Below, in pieces: positions 36,415 to 42,214 of a stretch of 42,214 bases of DNA. The translations under genes and the position numbers were made by a program. The notes beneath the pieces are model-generated. The model was not told the origin of the DNA and searched no databases. It saw only the letters and a program-made list of their open reading frames with translations. Position 1 is the first letter of the stretch, and every line of letters begins with the position of its first letter. This DNA is from Thermoproteota archaeon (GTDB lineage Archaea > Korarchaeota > Korarchaeia > Korarchaeales > Korarchaeaceae), in NCBI GenBank assembly GCA_037917625.1, contig JAVCBY010000044.1:1-42214 (forward strand), read 5' to 3'.

Positions 36415-37682
36415 TTTTTGCCGAGGAATCTGGATCCTCCCAAGCTAAGGAAATGCTGGATCTGTTCAGAAGGATATTCGATGGCCTCCCTCGAGAGAGC
36501 TCTGGAAGCGAGAAGTTTAAAGTGAGCAAGGAGGGAAAGGACAACTTAGGTGGGAATAATCGCATAATAAGCTCGGATGACTTCCTGAGATCAGCGAGAT
36601 CTGTGAAGATAGAAGATCCTGATGATGAAGATTCTGTCACGGGTAACTTGATAATAGTGGGAGTGGGTGGCTGCGGCTCCAACACAATAGATAATATAAG
36701 CAAACTGGGGATAAGGGGGATAAAGCTTGTCGCGATAAATACTGATAAAGTCCATTTGGATGGTATAAATGCCCCCTATAAGGTGCTGATAGGGGATAGC
36801 ATAACGCACGGCTTAGGGGCAGGGGGGAGGCCCGAGGTAGCTAGGGCTTGCGCTGAGCAAGATGCCCACAAGATATCGGATGCTCTAGGGAACAGGCCCG
36901 ATCTCGTCTTCATAGCTGCTGGTATGGGAGGAGGAACGGGAACTGGCGCAGCTCCAGTAGTCGCTAAGATAGCTAAGGATAAGGGAGCGAAGATAATAGC
37001 TTTCGTCACGCTCCCCTTCAGGACAGAGGGGAGGCATAAGTACAAGTTAGCTCAGGAGGGGATAAGGCAGCTCAGGAAGTGGGCTGATACAGTCGTCCTA
37101 ATCTCGAACGATAAGTTGCTGAAACTAGCTGGCGATAGGCCGCTCGATGAGGCTTTCATGATAGCTGATATGACTTTAGCCGTCATGGTAAAGGGGATAG
37201 CTGAGATAATAAGGAAGAGGACTATGGTAAATGTTGATCTGAACGATATAAGGACCCTGATGTCTGTGGGAGGGGTAGCTGCTGTAGGAATAGGGGAATC
37301 GTCAGATCCCAAGAGGAGAGGGGAGGAAGCAGTTAAGATGGCCTTGAGGAATCAGTTGATAGAGATATCGCCCGAGGGAGCTAGAGGAGCTCTTGTCGTA
37401 GTTTACGGAGGGAAGAACATGAGGCTAACTGAGGTCCACCAGATAACGGAGATAGTTGCCTCTAAGATGTCGAGTGATGCGATAATAAAGATAGGCGCTG
37501 ACATAGATGAATCATTAGGGGACGGCATAAGGGTGATATTGCTCCTCACGGGAATAAGGTCCCCGGACATGCTGGGTCCTGACGTGCCTCTCAGGACGGA
37601 GCCCCTCAGCGTCTCAATAGATGGGAAGTACGATCCTGTGGAGGCCCTTGAGGAGATCCTCGGGAGCCCATATGTCCTCTGA
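36411..37682 (+). CDS. ftsZ: Cell division protein FtsZ
   Basis: GVGGCGSN, NTD, GAGG.PEV, GMGGGTGTG, PF..EG, NVDLND T7 loop. Confidence 0.96.
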   Translation: MIFAEESGSSQAKEMLDLFRRIFDGLPRESSGSEKFKVSKEGKDNLGGNNRIISSDDFLRSARSVKIEDPDDEDSVTGNLIIVGVGGCGSNTIDNISKLGIRGIKLVAINTDKVHLDGINAPYKVLIGDSITHGLGAGGRPEVARACAEQDAHKISDALGNRPDLVFIAAGMGGGTGTGAAPVVAKIAKDKGAKIIAFVTLPFRTEGRHKYKLAQEGIRQLRKWADTVVLISNDKLLKLAGDRPLDEAFMIADMTLAVMVKGIAEIIRKRTMVNVDLNDIRTLMSVGGVAAVGIGESSDPKRRGEEAVKMALRNQLIEISPEGARGALVVVYGGKNMRLTEVHQITEIVASKMSSDAIIKIGADIDESLGDGIRVILLLTGIRSPDMLGPDVPLRTEPLSVSIDGKYDPVEALEEILGSPYVL

Positions 37683-37740
37683 AAGTTTTTACACACATTC
37701 CGGAATCTTCCACAATTAATTTTGAGAGCGCTCCCTTCCC

Positions 37741-39450
37741 GTGTGCAGGATAGAGGAGCACTTCCCCTATCCTGAGATGAGGGGAGGGCAAGCTGAGTTC
37801 ATAGATGCTGTTTTGAGATCCCTTAAGGGAGGAATAAATGTTATTGAGGCTCCTAGTGGGTTAGGAAAGACCTCAGGGGTTCTATCCGCTATAAGTTGCC
37901 TTTCCGAGCTCGAAGGAGCAAAATTCATATATGCTGTGAGGACGCACAGTCAAGTCAGCAGAGTGATGGAGGAATGCCTCAAGTTCCCGAAGATAAGGAT
38001 GATCGCTTTAAGGGGGAAGGGGGAGCTCTGCATCAATTGGAAGGTCAGGAGAATTAAGAATAACTTTTTGATGAATATGAAATGTGAGGAACTCAGAAAG
38101 CTAGGAAATTGCTCTTATTATCCATCTAAGATTAAAGAAGTGATGAGATGCCACGATCCTATCCTCCTGAAGGGGGATTCCTGCCCATACTACGCATCTC
38201 TGGGGATCATAAATGAGTATGATGCTGTGGTCCTCTGCTACCCATATCTCTTCGAAGAAGAACTTTACTCCGTGCTTAAGGGCTTCAACCCAGACTACTT
38301 GATAATAGATGAGGCTCACAACCTCAGGAAGTTCTGGCTCTCCCGCATCATAATTGCATTGGAGTTAGAGAAGCTCGAGAGAGTCCTGAGCTCATTATGC
38401 GAAAAATGGGAAGATTTAATGATATCTCTGCAGAGATCCGGATTACAGAGCTTGGAGATACCGAGAAACTATCTAATTTACCTTCTCAAGGAATGTCTAT
38501 CATCTGCCCCCAAATCATTCGAGCATTTCTCCAAGTGGATCTTGAGCGAATTAGAAGGATCTAAACGCATCATATTGGAGCCGCCGAATATAATTCTCCT
38601 CAAGGAAGTCGATGGGAGCTTGGAAGATTCCCTCAAGAGGTTCAAATCCGTCCTCCTGATCTCAGGGACTTGGAGCGAGGAAGTGGCGAGGGGGGAGATA
38701 TTAGGGGAATTGAATTATGAGCGTATATCTTTAGATCGCTGGGGGGAGGTATCATCGTTCATCGTGAGGGATTTCACGACGAGGTTTGAGGAGAGGAGCA
38801 GGTTAGAGTTCTACAGAGTAGCATCTACTTTAGCTGAACTCTCTGAAGCTGTAGTCGGGAATATGGGGATATTCGCCTCCTCATACGAGGTCCTTCAAGG
38901 CGTACTAGATGCTGGTTTTGAGAACATGGTTGAGAAACCCCTCTTCATTGAGAGGAAGGATATGGACTCGCATGAGCTATTTAGAATGATCTCAGAATTC
39001 AAGAGCATGTCCTCTATTGGGGCTATTCTTCTCGGGGTCCAAGGAGGAAGGAGCAGTGAGGGGGAGGATTTTCCAGGGTTGCAGATGACAGCATCAATAG
39101 TCCTAGGCCTCCAGTTATCTAAACCCAACACTTTAGGTAGAGTTCAAGAGATCTTATGGAAGAAGTACACAAAACTAGAGGATCCTACCCTTATAAATGC
39201 CTGTAGATCCGCTGTTCAGGCAGCAGCGAGGCCAGTGAGATCCCAGGATGATATCGGCTTCATAGCTTTCTTGGACAGGAGGTTCTCCAATTGCTTGAGC
39301 ATGATGCCCCCTTGGATGAGGAGGGGAATTAGGTACATAAGGCTCGAGGACTTAGTCCCTTCAGCTCGGGAATTCTTTAATAGGAGATCCCCCGTGATCT
39401 TCAAGGGAATGGATGCTGCTGAAGATATGCCTCCCTCAAGCGAAAGCTGA
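37741..39450 (+). CDS. XPD/Rad3/DinG-family Fe-S helicase
   Basis: Q motif, APSGLGKT, Cys cluster (LC...C...C...CPYY), DEAHN, SGT, SEG.DF, Q...R..R. Confidence 0.85.
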   Translation: MCRIEEHFPYPEMRGGQAEFIDAVLRSLKGGINVIEAPSGLGKTSGVLSAISCLSELEGAKFIYAVRTHSQVSRVMEECLKFPKIRMIALRGKGELCINWKVRRIKNNFLMNMKCEELRKLGNCSYYPSKIKEVMRCHDPILLKGDSCPYYASLGIINEYDAVVLCYPYLFEEELYSVLKGFNPDYLIIDEAHNLRKFWLSRIIIALELEKLERVLSSLCEKWEDLMISLQRSGLQSLEIPRNYLIYLLKECLSSAPKSFEHFSKWILSELEGSKRIILEPPNIILLKEVDGSLEDSLKRFKSVLLISGTWSEEVARGEILGELNYERISLDRWGEVSSFIVRDFTTRFEERSRLEFYRVASTLAELSEAVVGNMGIFASSYEVLQGVLDAGFENMVEKPLFIERKDMDSHELFRMISEFKSMSSIGAILLGVQGGRSSEGEDFPGLQMTASIVLGLQLSKPNTLGRVQEILWKKYTKLEDPTLINACRSAVQAAARPVRSQDDIGFIAFLDRRFSNCLSMMPPWMRRGIRYIRLEDLVPSAREFFNRRSPVIFKGMDAAEDMPPSSES

Positions 39451-39850
39451 TGCTATGAGGAAGGAAGTCGAGGGCATCCTCAATGGAGGGGGGAGGCTCG
39501 TAATACTTTCATATGAGCCCAGGACCCTTAACATAATGGAGGAACTCATAAAAGGGAGAAGAGATGTCCTCTTAATCCCATCCTTCTCCTCACCTATTGT
39601 GACATCCTTGATGCTCCTCTTAGATTCCCTTAAGTTCAGCTCAGGTCTAGTAGATGAGATCTTCGGTGCTTATCTTAGAGCAGCGAGTTCCTCTCATGAG
39701 CCTTACAGACTCCAGAGGTCCTTTCTCCTCCTCCTAAATATGATGAAATCCATTGAGAGGCAGTGCGGATCCTCAGTCACTATGTACACGACGGAGGGCG
39801 AGATCCCCGAGTGGTTCCTCAGGATCTTCGATGGTGTGGAGGTGATATGA
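39413..39850 (+). CDS. Hypothetical protein
   Basis: Fills the operon between the helicase and carS; its stop overlaps the carS start. Confidence 0.6.
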   Translation: MLLKICLPQAKADAMRKEVEGILNGGGRLVILSYEPRTLNIMEELIKGRRDVLLIPSFSSPIVTSLMLLLDSLKFSSGLVDEIFGAYLRAASSSHEPYRLQRSFLLLLNMMKSIERQCGSSVTMYTTEGEIPEWFLRIFDGVEVI

Positions 39851-40326
39851 TGGACCTCAGCTTCATGTTGGAGGCTATTTGGTACATACTTCCGTCTTAC
39901 TTCGCCAATATGTCCCCAGTGCTCTTCGGAGGGGGGAGGCCCCTAGATATGGGCAAGAGCTTCAAAGATGGGAGGAGGATATTGGGAGATCACAAGACGA
40001 TAAGGGGATTTCTCTCAGGTATAATCGTTGGTACATTAGTCGGTTTAATCCAGGGGAGGTCCCTTCAGGGCTTCGCTTTATCGCTAGGCGCTATGGTCGG
40101 GGATTGCTTCGGCTCCTTCATAAAGAGGAGGATCGGATTGATGGAGGGACAATCGGCCCCTCTACTCGATCAGGAAGGCTTCCTCATATTCTCCCTGATT
40201 TTCGCTTACCCGATAGAGGAGATAGCTATTGAGTCCGTGATCTTCCTCCTGATAATAACGCCTATACTACATTTTGGGACTAACTTCTTAGCTCACGCGA
40301 TTGGGATAAAGGAGGTAGCTCATTGA
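39847..40326 (+). CDS. carS: CDP-archaeol synthase (start ATG 39847)
   Basis: LP.YFAN..P, PLD.G..F.DGRRILG..KT.RG, GD..GSFIKRR, LDQ; GGAGGTGAT SD. Confidence 0.9.
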   Translation: MMDLSFMLEAIWYILPSYFANMSPVLFGGGRPLDMGKSFKDGRRILGDHKTIRGFLSGIIVGTLVGLIQGRSLQGFALSLGAMVGDCFGSFIKRRIGLMEGQSAPLLDQEGFLIFSLIFAYPIEEIAIESVIFLLIITPILHFGTNFLAHAIGIKEVAH

Positions 40327-41222
40327 TGAGCCTAGACTCCCTCTCAGGAAGGATAGAGGAGAAGTACCTCGAGATCATGAGGAGGAAGGGCATCTCTTTG
40401 GATGATCTCATACTCATGTCGGATCGAGAGCTATCAAGGGAGCTTGGAGTCGATAGGGAAGTAGCTAGGGAGATCCTGAGGGAAGCTTCTTCCCTTCTAT
40501 TGAGGCCCCTCACAGCAGACAAGCTCTTAGGGGAAGAGAGTAAGCTGAAGACCGGTATAAAGGGCTTGGATGAGCTCTTAGGAGGTGGGTTGAGGATTAA
40601 AACTATTACAGGGATATACGGACCTCCTGCCTCAGGGAAAACTCAATTCTGCATTTACATGACAGTAAGATCCTTAATAGATGAGGAAAGAGGTGGAATT
40701 TCCTCTGAGAGGGCTACATTCATAGATACCGAGGGTACATTCGATCCCGGGAGGGCTTCAGTCTTCTTAAGGCAGAACGGTCTATCGGAGAGGGAGCTCT
40801 CTAGAATAGATGTATTAAGAGTCAATAACGTGATTCAGCTCAAGGGAGCGCTCGAGGTAGCTGTGGATCACGTTAAATCCGGGAGCTCTAAGCTAGTCTG
40901 TCTGGATTCCATCTCTCATCCCTTCAGGCAGTATGGGGGGCTTAAGGGATTGAGGGAGAGGCAGGAGGACCTTCAAGAGGTTCTCATATCATTGAGGAGG
41001 ATCGCTGAAAGGGGAAGCGTCGTTATAATGACGATGCATGCGATGAGGTGGGGGAGGGACCTCTATTCCAAGGGGGGTTTCGTCCTCTCACATGCACCGC
41101 ATAACATGCTCTGCTTCAGGAAGGTGAGGGGGAAGGTAATAGTGACTCTGGAGGACTCCTCTTACCTCCCTCCAGGACAAGCGGCCTTCGTCATAAGGGA
41201 GGACGGTATCTTCGGGCTCTGA
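40323..41222 (+). CDS. RadA/Rad51 paralog with N-terminal helical domain
   Basis: TG...LD.LLGGG, GPPASGKTQ, FIDTEGTF, LDSIS, ERQ, GG.VLSH, DSSYLP. Confidence 0.85.
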   Translation: MMSLDSLSGRIEEKYLEIMRRKGISLDDLILMSDRELSRELGVDREVAREILREASSLLLRPLTADKLLGEESKLKTGIKGLDELLGGGLRIKTITGIYGPPASGKTQFCIYMTVRSLIDEERGGISSERATFIDTEGTFDPGRASVFLRQNGLSERELSRIDVLRVNNVIQLKGALEVAVDHVKSGSSKLVCLDSISHPFRQYGGLKGLRERQEDLQEVLISLRRIAERGSVVIMTMHAMRWGRDLYSKGGFVLSHAPHNMLCFRKVRGKVIVTLEDSSYLPPGQAAFVIREDGIFGL

Positions 41223-41313
41223 TACTACATCTCGTCGTGAGACCCGTTATCGATGAGTTCTGATTTCAAAATTTGAACCGAAAGTTAATATATGGGACGC
41301 TCAGATATAATTT

Positions 41314-41544
41314 GTGAGAGTGAAAGACTCCTATGGAATATCCCTCGAATTGGATGATGTGGATGAAATATTGAGAAAGTTATATGATGCCGTGAATCTC
41401 CTCATCAGGGCCAGGGAGATAGCACCCGATGAAATATACTGGTTGATATGTGAGGCCGAAGGCCTCATCTCCTCAGCTTATACCATGATCAAGGTCAAGC
41501 TCCCTCCTGAACTCTGGCTCAGTGAGAGTATAAAGATCGATTGA
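41314..41544 (+). CDS. Hypothetical protein
   Basis: 76 aa ORF with TTAATATA about 25 nt upstream (leaderless-type spacing). Confidence 0.55.
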   Translation: MRVKDSYGISLELDDVDEILRKLYDAVNLLIRAREIAPDEIYWLICEAEGLISSAYTMIKVKLPPELWLSESIKID

Positions 41545-41705
41545 CTCTAGACCGAGATAAATATCTCTTAGCCATTTTAGACCCTTTATTTTAAGTCATA
41601 ATAGGACCTTCTAAGTGGCTTCGATGAACGCGATTCCTAACGCGCTTCCTCACAATTTCATCATGAACCCAGTCGCAGATATAAAAAGTTCAAGAGAGAG
41701 GTGCG

Positions 41706-42113
41706 TTACTCCGACCTAATAGCACCACATTCTATTTTAACATCCCCGAAAGCCCCTATCTTCTTCTTTAATCCTTCCCGGACGCATTTCTCTATCGCCT
41801 CACTTATCGTAGCGACACCGAACTCGAAGTTCGGGTATCTCTTTACGAGCTCCTCTAAGCATTCCTTCGCAGCATCGACAGCGTAACACCTAGCTACGGG
41901 CGAGTATCCATCGCCATCGGGCTGAGTAGATATGTAGGTAACGAAAATCCCCCTGCTAGTGATAGTCATCCTCACAGGGACTATGTAGTTTTTATCCCTT
42001 ATCCTCACTTTCCATATAGATGAAAGTATATTCTCCACCACGAGGAAGTTTCCCCTTCTTTCAGCTCTCGTGCTGACTTCCCAAGGTCTCAGGAACGTGA
42101 CCTCGACACCCAT
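41706..42113 (-). CDS. Hypothetical protein (likely start ATG 42113)
   Basis: GGGGGTG SD before MGVEVTFL; upstream TTTATATA; no family recognised. Confidence 0.6.
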   Translation of the reverse strand: MGVEVTFLRPWEVSTRAERRGNFLVVENILSSIWKVRIRDKNYIVPVRMTITSRGIFVTYISTQPDGDGYSPVARCYAVDAAKECLEELVKRYPNFEFGVATISEAIEKCVREGLKKKIGAFGDVKIECGAIRSE

Positions 42114-42214
42114 ATTTGCACCCCCCAGACCAGATCTGGATGTAGTATATAAAAAGGTTTTCTCAACGCAAACTTTGGTTCTTTTATAGAACATAATAAA
42201 AATAAACTATATAT

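Noticed and set aside
1-42214. CRISPR arrays, IS elements, rRNA genes and the many antisense ORFs of 60-190 aa
   Set aside because: No spaced repeats, transposase or rRNA signatures seen; antisense ORFs are shadows of well-supported genes

Overview
A gene-dense archaeal core-genome window. Gene content (homodimer-type EndA carrying a crenarchaeal-type loop, FtsZ, RPA32-like protein, intron-containing tRNA-Ile(UAU)) suggests a Korarchaeum-like organism; this is inference, no search was run. It holds about 47 CDS covering tRNA processing/modification, basal transcription, translation/ribosome biogenesis, Topo VI, proteolysis, archaeal lipid and N-glycan initiation, gluconeogenesis, glycine cleavage P, cell division and repair, plus six tRNA genes. 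Two real genes are below the ORF-track cutoff (rpoP, cdrS-like RHH). No CRISPR array, transposase or integrase was seen. The best candidate for an undescribed system is a putative -1 programmed frameshift (G_GAT_TTT plus hairpin) joining a MoxR-type AAA+ ATPase to the next vWA gene. Other highlights: methionine aminopeptidase broken by an in-frame stop plus a roughly 39-codon loss; Kae1 with no canonical start upstream of its conserved N-terminal motif; a zero-spacer tRNA-Glu/tRNA-Leu tandem; tRNA-Ile(UAU) with a relaxed splice motif; several proteases with altered catalytic motifs.
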